DNA from: Phoronis australis
Taxonomy: Eukaryota > Animalia > Phoronida
Direction of reading: 5' to 3'
Length of the DNA stretch: 64,000 nt
NCBI GenBank assembly: GCA_002633005.1
Contig: NMRA01000991.1
Span: 12,527 to 76,526 of the forward strand
Numbering within the stretch: position 1 is the first letter of the stretch; every line of letters begins with the position of its first letter. Below are positions 48,415 to 60,099 of this stretch, in pieces. A program made the position numbers and the translations under genes. The notes beneath the pieces are model-generated. The model had not been told where the DNA came from. It saw nothing but the letters and a program-made list of their open reading frames with translations, and did not search any database.

Positions 48415-49759
48415 GTAAGTGTACAGCTAAATTGAGTCGCAATAACTGTACCGCTGACAAGCGCGAAGCCGAAACCAATGAGAACTAGGATTCTTCTTTA
48501 CATGATATACAGTGTAAACGATAGTATTTTAATTCGATCAATAAACAACAAACTGCAAAGCATTTGAAACTATTTAATCTAAATAACAACTACTTGTCAC
48601 ATTAACGCTATTTATAATTCCGATATCAACGTTAACTACGCCAATCAGATTTCTAGTTTATTATTTTTGTAACTCTAAACACATTACTGATGTAATTTCC
48701 ATGATAGCTGAATCGTATTCAAACATACTTGTATCAAACTACTTTCGTTATTTCTTATTCACGCTGTTTTTGTAGTTGACAATAATTTTAAATAAACCTT
48801 ATTTTACCTTAAAAATGCAAATGCATAATAATACAAAAATAGTCCTGCTACATTGGTTTCAACTTCATAAACTGCTTCTTTACTAACATTCCGCTGCTAC
48901 AATACGTGTTAATCCGTTTACATCTCCTTTCTGAACTGCTGTAAAATGCCGTGACATTCAGAAGTCACCTGATGATTCTAACCCCATAATTAACACTATT
49001 GCATAATAAGCCATGTGCCGTAGAGTCATCAACCCACTCCAGTGCTGTAGTGGGGAGTAGGCGCACGTAGGCGCAGACAACCACCTTTTGACATTTGGAC
49101 GAAACGCCTACGCACCGTAATATACGTTTAGTGCTCAAGGTGACGCGGTAAGCTTGGGTCGCCTACTCACCTCTAATGTTACCACTACAGCATTGACCCA
49201 CTCACTGCACCCATCCCATTACAGTTGCTGCAGTCACGTGCCGGGTTCTAACGTAAACATAAACACAACAATAACTTAGTAGGAAGTCGAAAACGGGTCA
49301 ACGGGACCTGTGGTGGCGCCTCTTCATTTTAAGTGATAGCGTGCTTTTCTGTTAGATCGTTGATAAAAACATGTTCTTTGGAACGTGATCACTTATGAGA
49401 GCATGACATAAAATACGTACACCCTTTAACATTCAGACTTATAAAGGATTTCAACTACCGGGCATGAATCAGAAGTCAAATTTATAAAAGATTCTTAAAG
49501 CTTCACCATTTCGTTTACTTATTTCATCATGCTTTTTAAGAAGTGCCCTTGCCGTTATTGCGTAATACGTTTGTTCCTTTACTAACGTCATACTGCTCAG
49601 TTCCGCTGTAAAATCAAATGCGTCCCTATCCTGGTGCAAGTTCGCCAATGTCAATCAAATGAAAGGCTAGCCATTCGTCTGTAGGCTTGCGTCTCTACAT
49701 TGGCAAAATGACCAGTTTGTTTACAAAACACATAAATTTAAAAAGGAATACTTACTTAC

Positions 49760-49778
49760 AGAACATGCCACCTAGTTT
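49760..49778 (-). CDS. 19-nt linker micro-exon (QTRWHVL)
   Basis: GATTATGTTCAG|AAACTAGGTGGCATGTTCT|GTAAGT. Phase 1->2, compatible with kringle A upstream and the 34-nt exon downstream. Confidence 0.45.
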
Positions 49779-51206
49779 CTGAACATAATCTTACTTTCTT
49801 TTTCATTGACAATACCAGTCCACCTCAAATGGTACCATTTCAATATCATACAATTGGATTGGAATAAAACGAAACAAAAAGCGTTACCAAAAGGACACAC
49901 GTTTGATATATCTTAAAGGCAGTTGATTCATTTATGCGGTCCTTAAATAAGGTTCTTTTTTCCACTGATTGGAGGGATGCAGTGTATTGGTCATTATTGT
50001 GAGCAATAGATGACACAGGAGAGAGAATAAAGATGCCAGCCACCAGATAACGTGCCTTTGCATCACCTGTGTAACATACTTTGTGGATTGTTTACATAGA
50101 TGTACTGAACACAACATTATAAGTGGGTACATGTAGCTGAAATGTATGAGAAAAGGCAAGAAGTACAGTAGGGGAATTGCTACAGGTATTCTTTGCACGA
50201 AAAATACACATTTAAAAGTCAGCATGGACTTGGTGATACTCGTGGGCGGTATATTCTAATTGAGTAGGAATTGAATGGCTCTCCCGGTGTTTTTGAACGT
50301 TTATTACCCAAAAAGCATTAGTTCCCAACTGCCTTATTTGGAAACTAATCTGCGGTTCTTGACAGATATATTAGTAAAGATGATACCCTTTGTACCGGTG
50401 GCTTCAGCTGTACCTTAGCGAATGTCGATCAACATGAGGAAAAAGAGATGTCAGTGATAAACATACGGACATAGCAAAAATTAAGGATTTCGCTTTGAAG
50501 TATAACAAAGACAAAATCCAGGCAAATCAGAACTTACGTGGTTTAACAGGTGTTTCAATGAACATGATATATGTCCCATTGACTTCTGGTTTTAGTCTAA
50601 GGTTTTTAAATTTCGTCTTCAGCACAAAATAAATAACGGTTTTGTGTTCTGATCATTCTGCAGTAAAGTTAAACATTGAACATTCTGAGGCTATACCACA
50701 ATGACACGAGGTTTTGAATATTAACAATAGTTTTTTGCCAATGAAGAAAGACTATGTGCACTGAAAAAGTGCTACATGACTGTAATAAAGATGGAAAGAA
50801 TAAAAAATACAAAACCATTTCAAAATGAATATCAAAATTGACAACACTTTAGATAAAAGTCTAGTAAATCAAAATACTTTATCCCTGACTGGTGAATTAG
50901 CGAGTGTATTTTAAGTCTCTAACCCCTAGGGTCTGTTTATTTGTAGGAGGCCCTTGGTATTTCCAACCCACGTATATGCAGTGCTGTGGTTATTCTTCAT
51001 TAAAATAATAATAGCTGTCACCTATCTGACTGGTTAAATAGTGGCGATCAACTTCTCTGCACAATCTTGAAACTTGAGTTAAATGCGCAAAGAATTCATG
51101 CACCCTGCTATGACATTTCGCGAAGACAGTCAAATTGTTCCTCGATATACCTTTGTGACAACATTGTTTATATGTTTATTTCATAAGAATTGTATGGAAA
51201 CAAGTC

Positions 51207-51472
51207 CTGGGGTCCTTTTCATGAAGTGACTTAAGATTTGAGAAAGGACTTTGGTCTTTCGTTCCACGAAACGATTTCTGAAAAAATTCTTGAACCTCTA
51301 ATGTGCAAAGTTCTATGAAACTACAAGTCACTGCAAGTTACAAAGATGATTTTAATAATTTTTTTACTACGATAGGTTCATAATTACTTTACTAAAAATG
51401 ATACAACGATCGCTAAATTTGAGCGTGAGACCGAATTTCTCTCTTTTATACTTTTTTATGAAACAGAACCTG
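51207..51472. mobile_element. Small MITE
   Basis: Imperfect TIR CTGGGGTCCTTTTCATGAA ... TTTATGAAACAGAACCTG. Confidence 0.4.
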
Positions 51473-52389
51473 CATATGTCAACAGAAACACTTTGCAGAT
51501 CGGGACTACATGTACATGTATGTTAGAATGCTAAGCAACTGGTCACGTGCGTCTAACTTCCGCTTTCTTTGCATACATCGTGACTTGATTACTTCAAGAT
51601 GTTTAAATTGCTGGATGGAAAGACAGAAGTGACTGTACTCTGTTATGTTGATAATTGGTCGAGCTGGCCAAATGCATGTTTAATAGTTAACGTGTGCCTA
51701 ATATTACATTATTGTAGAACAACTACAAATGAACCCGATACACTAGGAGTTGGGGACTTACAATGGGATCGCCCTAGGGCATGGGAATGCCAGATGCCAT
51801 CACCCGCAAAACGGGGTTTATTTTTTTGTTTCCAGATGCCGTACAAAAGCCCCCTAAGTGACAATTAGGATGCGTGGGGTATTTTAAGAATTCAATATGT
51901 CCAGTCGTGGATAGTTTCACCGCGTCCACAGCCATGTAAACATGTCTGTGAACGCGTGTTGAAGGTCGCGTTTGTCCGTCTTTACATTACACCAATAAGT
52001 TGATCTAAGTCTTCACTAACCACGATTAAGTCGTTGACGTAACAAACAATGGAGAATAAAAATTGGACAACATCATTTTAATTACTCGAATTACACCAAC
52101 AACGTCAAATGTTCACGCAGATCTAGTTGGTTTTAGCCTGGCACACCATCACGGAATCTAACCAGAATAACCAAAGGCGTGAAGAAGGCGCAAGGTAAAC
52201 GTGAAGGTCGCGCTAGGAGAGAGTGAGGAAGGCGTTAACGAAACCGGAGGAAAGCGAGAGCGCTACAAGTAGAGTAAACGTGACAGGATTCTCTCACACC
52301 GGTGATCTGGTTGCGCTCCTGCCCGGCTAATTGTGAGGGATACCAGACAAAGTCTAATAATTCAGTTGCTGTACTGTACATGTACTTAC

Positions 52390-52671
52390 GGTTACAAATT
52401 CTGATGTCACAAACTCGCCTCGAAGGTACGTCCTCTCCTTCTATGTAACACCAAGGACCACGTTCCCAATTATCCGGATTTCGACAAGGGTTCGAAAGTT
52501 TCACGTCTCTTGGCCATCTTCTATAGGATGTGATTAAACGTTCACTTGTAGCCATATGCCTCTGAACATCCAGAGAAGCCCAAACTCGGCACTGTTGTCC
52601 CGTCTTGGCGTAGTGAACGTCACCGGTATAGTGAAGTCCTTTAGCGTCAACTTTGCATCCGGGGTATTCCG
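52390..52671 (-). CDS. Kringle-domain exon (kringle A)
   Basis: 282 nt, phase 1/1. Acceptor TTGTTTTCTAATTGCAG, donor GTAAGT. Translates EYPGCKVDAKGLHYTGDVHYAKTGQQCRVW...NPCRNPDNWERGPWCYIEGEDVPSRRVCDIRICN. 58/90 residues identical to kringle B. Confidence 0.95.
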
Positions 52672-53491
52672 CTGCAATTAGAAAACAAGTAGTGACACTG
52701 TGATAGAAGTTTCAGAAGTGCAGAAGGAGTCATTGGTGTTTGATCATGCAGCCTGGGTTTTGCGAGCCCTTTAAGACATGAGGGAATGGCTTACGATCGA
52801 TGATTCACAGTGCAAATTGAAAATGAGATTGCGTGATTATGGTTCAATACTAAGATGCATTTTAACTGGAATGGTAGCCGATGTCTGCGTCGGAGCAGCC
52901 AAGTTAACGGTGGTTGTCACACATGCACATGTAGCTGTGATGGTATTTGACGTACATATAAGTATCTTGGTCGTTTCATATATCAAAAGAATATCATTAA
53001 TGTTCGAGACGTGTCCTAACAGGATAGTCAGTGACAGTAGACTTAATCGATGCTGAATATAGTTAAATAAGTGATGTTTGTTAGTGAGGCGATGTTTAAC
53101 CAAGTTAACATTCCTCAACACCATATAGATTTCCTCAGATTACTTTTGTGGCTGAGACGGTGAAATTTCACGACAGCTTGAAGAATATCAAATTCCAATG
53201 CCTATTTTTGGAGCAGTGTCGTCGCCGAGCGGGTGCAACTATGCGCTGAAGCGTATCCTAGCAGATTTCGACGGTTCAATTGTCGTCGAAGACACAATAC
53301 TACGTAAACACTTCCATTCATTAAAGATGGAATTGTTTACGTAGATCGTGCCCTGGGGATGGACTCGGACGTCTCAGCGAATGAAATCCGGTTCTCAGTA
53401 GCGTTAAGTTCTAGAACAGTTACTCGCAAAGGAATCTTACGGTCAGTGGTGGCTATTTTTAATCAAATGGGGTTCATTGTTCCGTTGGTAT

Positions 53492-54522
53492 CATAGGCGG
53501 ATTTAGAAAGGGGGCCCAGGGGGCCAGGGCCCCCCCCCTTGGCTGCCCGGCGCAAAAAAATAGAACAGCAAGAGCGTAGTGAAATGTTGAGTTTATTAAT
53601 TAACCCCGGTAATTAAAATTATACGGATGAAACAACATTTAAATGTGTGCAGTTTTAGTGTTTGGGGGTAGGGGNNNNNNNNNNNNNNNNNNNNNNNNNN
53701 NNNNNNNNNNNNNNNNNNNNNNNNNNNNNNNNNNNNNNNNNNNNNNNNNNNNNNNNNNNNNNNNNNNNNNNNNNNNNNNNNNNNNNNNNNNNNNNNNNNN
53801 NNNNNNNNNNNNNNNNNNNNNNNNNNNNNNNNNNNNNNNNNNNNNNNNNNNNNNNNNNNNNNNNNNNNNNNNNNNNNNNNNNNNNNNNNNNNNNNNNNNN
53901 NNNNNNNNNNNNNNNNNNNNNNNNNNNNNNNNNNNNNNNNNNNNNNNNNNNNNNNNNNNNNNNNNNNNNNNNNNNNNNNNNNNNNNNNNNNNNNNNNNNN
54001 NNNNNNNNNNNNNNNNNNNNNNNNNNNNNNNNNNNNNNNNNNNNNNNNNNNNNNNNNNNNNNNNNNNNNNNNNNNNNNNNNNNNNNNNNNNNNNNNNNNN
54101 NNNNNNNNNNNNNNNNNNNNNNNNNNNNNNNNNNNNNNNNNNNNNNNNNNNNNNNNNNNNNNNNNNNNNNNNNNNNNNNNNNNNNNNNNNNNNNNNNNNN
54201 NNNNNNNNNNNNNNNNNNNNNNNNNNNNNNNNNNNNNNNNNNNNNNNNNNNNNNNNNNNNNNNNNNNNNNNNNNNNNNNNNNNNNNNNNNNNNNNNNNNN
54301 NNNNTTTGCTTTTTTTCTTGGATAATACTTCAGGAATCAAGGAAAATGCTTGATTTTTAGAGGTAAAAACAGAAAAATTTCCTGAGCGGGAGGGGGGCAA
54401 ACCCCCCTCCCGACCTCCCCCCATTCGGTGCTATGCGCATCTGCAATCGTGGTTTGCGCAAATGCTTATGCCCGGACAAAATGTTGGGCCCCCCCCCTTG
54501 CGATATCCTAGATCCGCCACTG
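53492..54522 (-). mobile_element. Non-autonomous hAT-like MITE, copy 2, with exact 5-bp TSD GGTAT
   Basis: Ends are CATAGGCGGATTTAG ... CTAGATCCGCCACTG. GGTAT at 53487-53491 and 54523-54527. The interior is an assembly gap (53675-54304). Confidence 0.9.
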
Positions 54523-56568
54523 GGTATTGCCTGCAGAGCAGCTGCTTAAAAATCTTTGTGCTGTAACAGATCTAGGCTGGGACGATGAAATATCTGAGGA
54601 GCTGGGCATGTCATGGCGTCGTTAACTTAGTGATGTTACTTCATTACAGGATGTTTCTATCAAGAGATGTTTGAAGGCCTATGATTTTGTCACAGTTAAA
54701 TCTCAGTTTCGTGTTTTTCAAATGCCATTACCCTGGGCTATGTGGCGTCCGTGTAATGCTCGCCTGTGTGACGACAAAGGTAGATTGCAGTGAACTTTTC
54801 TCACTGGCAAAGCAATTTCCACCGCAGGAAAAAACATTAAACGTTCCATGTCTTGAGCTTGCGGCCGCAACAGTTGCAGTGTGTCTGAGTGAGCTGATGT
54901 TCCAAGTGCTGTTACAGTCGGACGGTACCACGTACTACACCGATTTTACAGCTCTGTTGCATTACATTGGTAAGGATGCGAGGCAGATTCCCATATTTGG
55001 CTCAAATCGCGTGCAAATGATTCGAGAATTTTCTCTACCCTGTCAATAGTGATATGTGGTTTTGAAAGTAAATCCTACAGACGAAGGGTTTAGGGGCATT
55101 ACTAGTGACAAGTCGTTGGTGTAGTGGCGCTGATTTTTTGTGGCAGCCTGGAGAGAAGTGGCCCTAGCAAGTGTGTCCTGTTAATGCGACGCCATCTAAT
55201 TCTGACTCTGTTTAAGTTTTAGATCCTGTGGAAGTGGTCACACGCGAAAAGTGTGCTTATACAACAAGTATTCTGGACTGTTTGATGAAGCGTTGTTTTG
55301 ACCGGCATTGTCTGTGTAGCGCAGTGGCCAACCTCCTTTGATTTGTGAAGTATCTGAAGCGCATGTACGACGGAAGGAGCTCACGTGATGTGTGGTCCGT
55401 GAACAAAGACGAACAAGCACAGATTGGGATGGCACGCTACGTGCAATCAAAGCATTTTGCGTCCGAGAAGGGGACTCTGCAGACTAGTTCAGGTAACGTC
55501 TTTGCCACGTACGAGTGCCATAAGTGCCCTTGATCCAATTATGAGTAGTGAGGATGTTATAAGGATTGCTGGTCGACTTGGTGCATCTGATGTAAGCTAT
55601 GGTGATTGTCATAAGCGAAACCTCCAAGTGGGTGATGTTGTGCTGCTAATAGATAACAATTCACTAAGGTGTTCATGGCCAATGTATCTGGTGACAGTTC
55701 ACAGGTGGATTGTGTGGGTATGGATCGAAGCGTTCTTGTGAAGTATCAGTCAGAGATCTATCGTCGATCCATACCTAAGTGCATTTTGTTTCTTCGTGTT
55801 GTTTAGAAGTAAATAGCCTGAAGCAATCGGCCACTGCTTCAAGGGAGTGTTGATGCCGTGCACCATTATGGTCATTGGTTCTTGTGTTTCATTTATGTAT
55901 CACGCTGCTAATTTTCTTTATAGGTAGCAGTGCATCGTTCGCCGATGTGATTTGGTTTCTTTTATTGAGCCAGTTCATTCCAGTGGTTACAATAGTATTT
56001 GCATTGACGAATAGGGGCTTGACCGGCCGGCTATTAGTTCGTATTTGCCCCTGTATTTTACGCGGGCTCTTGGTGACTAGCGTTTCTTGAGTATCGCGGC
56101 ATTCGTTAATAAGATCTGTAACGCAAATTATGTGTTTTATTATTATTGTTTTCCTCGAACGCTGGAATTTTTAGACGGAGCACTGACTGTCTGCCAAGCG
56201 GTTGCATGTACTGAAAATCATGGCATAGCATGTTGTACTTGCGTGTATCTACTATCTGAGTTTAGAGCGTACATAGTTGATGTTTAAAACGAATAGATTG
56301 ACGTAAATGTTGCACGATACCTGCTTCATGGGATAAACAGTTACGGGTCGCAGTTTGGCAGTTGTTTGTTTATGTTAATGGTTCCCAGCTGTAGAATAGA
56401 TAGCACGGGTTCCAGTTAATTGTACATTGTTAGCGAGGTAGTATTTGTTAGGCCTGTAATATAGAGTCATTGTCGTGTGTCTTTCTACAGCCGTGATACA
56501 TAGTGTTTGATATTTAATTGCGCTTGCTTACCGAATACTCAGACTGCGCTTTTTTATGCAGACAACCG

Positions 56569-56756
56569 CTCGTTCGGTTTCACCTTTTCAATGCTTGTTC
56601 GATTTCACTTCTTCAACGCTTGTTCAGTTTTACTTGTTTAACGCTTCTTCAATATCTCTTGTTCGGTTTTACTTGCTCAACGCTTCTTCAATATCTCATT
56701 CAACGCTTGTACGGTTTCACTTCGTCAGCGCTTCTCCGGTTCAACTTTTTCAACGC
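56569..56756. repeat. 25-bp minisatellite inside the putative BEL LTR
   Basis: About six degenerate copies of CTTGTTCGGTTTCACTTCTTCAACG with two CTTCTTCAATATCT spacers. Confidence 0.85.
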
Positions 56757-58408
56757 GCCTTTCGTATCTCATTCAACCTTGCTCGGGATCTTTTCATCGT
56801 CTGTAACTCTTATCACTTGCCAATGCTGCACCAAATAAAGTGTGTTATACAAACGGCCTCTCTTGTTATAATCTTCAATTCATCCCTGTAGCCAGACGCG
56901 GCTACATGTACATTGCCTGTTTAAAGTATTTGAGGAGTTTATCTAAAAATTGCAGGATGAAATAATTTTTAAGGAATGTGAGTTCCTTCACTCTCTCTGA
57001 GGGTATTGCGGGAACAAAAAATGGAATCATGGAACGATGACTGGTGGTTGGTAGAACCTCCTTGGAACACAGTTAGTTTAGTTCTGGCTGAATCTCATTG
57101 GGGTCGGTTGCCCGAAATTTAACGGCAAGATCAAGGTCAAACAGTGGTGAAATAATGTTGTCATTGTTTCTTGAACTGTCTTTACACGAAATATGTGCTC
57201 CATTGCCGTTTAATATGATGAACAGGGGACTTTTTCAATTCAAATTAGTTTGGGTAACGTCTACAAAGAAGTTAAAGGCAAAAATACTTTTTCTTACATT
57301 TAAGACGGTAGTTTTCATTAATAATTAAGCATATATATATTTTTTCATTTTGTTTTCAACACCTGAGAAAAACTGTCAGATTGGCACGAACATGTATTAA
57401 GTCAACTCTAGCATGATTTATCATTGAAAACTGTAAATGACTGTAAAAGGATTTCTGCTTAACTAAGAAACAAATCGTCTGGAATTATAGAAAATCGGAC
57501 ATGTCCCTGCCAAATTTCAAAGGAGAATTGTTGAAATTTCCTATCCTAACCTTTAATTGTATCATAGCTACTGGTATTTTTGACTCAAGGCCAAAATTAC
57601 TAATTTTATACCTAAAATACGTGTATTGATGAAAAAACGTCAACATACGGTGCTTAGCATATCCCAGTCGTTATTTAAGAAGGCCCTTTAAAATAGTGCA
57701 GCCTCGTTACTAACCTCATTTAGCGCCAAAAATGAGATGGTGCTCTCACCAATCGAAGTCTATGACATCATCGAAATAATGAATTTGGCTTTCACAGTGC
57801 CTCCATAGTATGGGAATGAGCGATGACTGGCCGTTTAATTTAGCGCAAAATACGTGGAAAATCTAGGAAACACATTAATTGTTCATTTTGTGTCACTTAA
57901 TATTAAAATTGAACAAAACCAATACGTTTTGATTTCTTTCAATTATATAACACACATTCAAATACGGGCCCGTATGGGAACCCAAGGGAGGGTGACTGGG
58001 AACGTCGAAACAGCCGGAAAAATCAAACGCTACATCTGGATTTTCATCAATTAATTTCACAACGTTTATTATAAAGTGCAGTGTGCTTGAAACAAAAATT
58101 TTGATGTTAGAAACTTTACATTCATGTCTTTTTGACGCCGAAGATGTGAACGCTGTACAATTCCGACACCGACCGCTCTAGAATGTGTGTCCCGTATTGG
58201 CATCAGTGTTAATAGGCAGATTAAATTGGTGCAAAAATCAACATTAAAAATCCAATCAAAATTATATTACTATATGAGCTGCCCTTATCAAAAAAGGCCT
58301 AAGGCAACAACCCAAATCAGAATATTCCGATTTGGGACGGATTCCCTATACGGCAGCCCGGAATAGTAAGACATGTCCAGATGTCGAAGTGCGCACTGGA
58401 GTTCTTAA

Positions 58409-58850
58409 AGGAGAATGCCACCCGACTTAATTAGTTTTTTTTACCGTCTTAACCAGTCTCTATCCACGTCGCCTCTTATACGGTCGACCTCACCCTGCCG
58501 ACAGGTGTCGCGTTAACCTGTGAGGAAGGTAAGAAATGACGCAGGGACGTCAGTGGTTCGTCTGCAGAGTGAATGCAGCTGTATTGCGGTGCATCGGTTC
58601 CCGCTTGTCCAAACTATGAAGCTGCGAAGAAAGCGATTATATCGTTTTTTGACATCCCCGAGAGCCAGAATTGCTTAGGAAGTAGCTCGCGGTAGTGAAG
58701 AATGAACGGTATGCTGATAATAGCAAGTAGGCCTATGAGGCCGTAAAACATCTCCGTGTCTGTGGCCGGCATTTCGTCGACACTGATTTCTCTGACGAAT
58801 TCCGGCTTACCAAAAAACTATGGATACGTTGTGTTGCCTATGCATGTTCA
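58409..58850 (+). mobile_element. Kolobok 5' end with THAP-domain pseudogene
   Basis: TTAA|AGGAGAATGCCACCC terminus. From 58573: SVPACPNYE...ISFFDIP/ELLRK*LAVVKN...YEAVKHLRVCGRHFVDTDF, similar to the THAP at 9360-9572. The other end was not found. Confidence 0.75.
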
Positions 58851-60099
58851 CAGCGCCTCTCTAGTATTTCTTGATCAGTGTATTCCGGTTCAAACTGATA
58901 GCCTGTGAAACCTAACGATCCGACCCGTGAAGTCTTCGTTGGATGAGCTCTTGACTAAGTCGGGATTTGCACCGTGCGAGTTACCATTTAGACATTTATT
59001 ATTCTGCGTTCTGTTTAGAAATGAATTATTCTCATCCTAAAATGGTCCTAACCAATGGTTTATGAAACTGAAACGAAGTCTGTCTCATTAGATACAACTT
59101 GTAATACCATGTAGTGCTCGTGAGTGCAAACGTTTAGAGAAGCCAGCAATGAATAAACCACTGCGTTACCGGCTTTTGATGCCGGAAACAAAGGTAATTG
59201 ACCGGGCACCGAGGCCGAAAAAGCGCGTGCTAATTCAGTGTTTGCTGTTGTGAATTACTCGATTTTAAATTCTATTGTCATATTTTATTGGAATCTCTAT
59301 TTAGAAATACAAATACAATATTCAAATCATTGTTACTGTACAACCTTTGCCCTGACGGTCTGTGGAAGGGGAACCCGACTTCGCAGCCCCCGACAAGAAA
59401 GTAGATTTTCAGTTTTGTGGCTAATTCACATAAATAATTACTCGCACAATATTTTTTGTCTCACTTTTTTAGTCTTTTCGTGGCTGGAGGTTTAATTTCT
59501 AAGTCAAGCTAGTTTATTCTCGTGCCAGTCCGGGCGACAGCGGCGGAACTGATCGGGTACAGAACCACTGGCCGGGAGAACTTAAAAAGTCACTACTATA
59601 AACAACGCAGATCTAGGTTGTCCTTTCTGTATTTCACGGATGAATACTTCGAACTTATTTCCGAACAGAACCTAAACTCGATCCTGCTACGGACCTTAGT
59701 AAATTGGCCTGCCGAACTTTGTAGGCTACGGTGTGCTCAGATACCAGTAAATCCGTAACTGCGAAATAAAACAACACGTTTTTATAACATGACAGGGTTT
59801 TCCCGTTCAGTGACTTTATCAGACAAAGGCGTTTGTGAACGTGTGATGACATCTATCTTCTTTGTTAACTGCCAAGCACAGTCTTTTGTCTGTTGCGAGA
59901 ACGGGCAGGCCAATTATCTACCAGGCTAGTTACAGACCACGTGTGAACACCGTCAAACCCAAAGTGAATTGGTACATTATCGGAAATAATAGATTATCGT
60001 AACTTCGGTTGCAGTTGGGCGATTTTGGCGATTCAAAAACTAAACATAATCACCACTTGACGAGAATTTTAGAAATTTATTGGTTTATGCTCAAATATG

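Larger units (their letters stand above)
53128..56906 (+). mobile_element. Decayed BEL/Pao LTR retrotransposon (RT, RNase H, DUF5641-like C-terminus, probable 3' LTR), interrupted by the hAT-like MITE
   Basis: Motifs: FGAVSSPSGCNYALK; RALG...VTRKGILRSVVAIFNQMGFIVPLV|LPAEQLLKNLC..LGWDDEI; VPCLELAAATVAV...NRVQMIRE...NPTDE; RNLQVGDVVLLIDNNSLRCSWP. Purine tract AAGGGAG then TGTTG at 55848. AATAAA near 56834 and ...GGCTACA at 56906 as tentative LTR end. Confidence 0.88.

Noticed and set aside
50538-50648. Extra phase-1/1 linker exon ending ...FIETPVKP at a GTAAGT donor
   Set aside because: In-frame acceptors lack a pyrimidine tract, and the strongest acceptor gives a stop in phase 1. Not excluded, but unsupported.
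53639-54424. Three long ORFs in the ORF track
   Set aside because: They are artefacts of the N gap.
56917-56955. Possible decayed paralog of the 22-nt micro-exon just beyond the BEL LTR
   Set aside because: Similarity is short, the donor is GC, and the phase is incompatible with kringle A.
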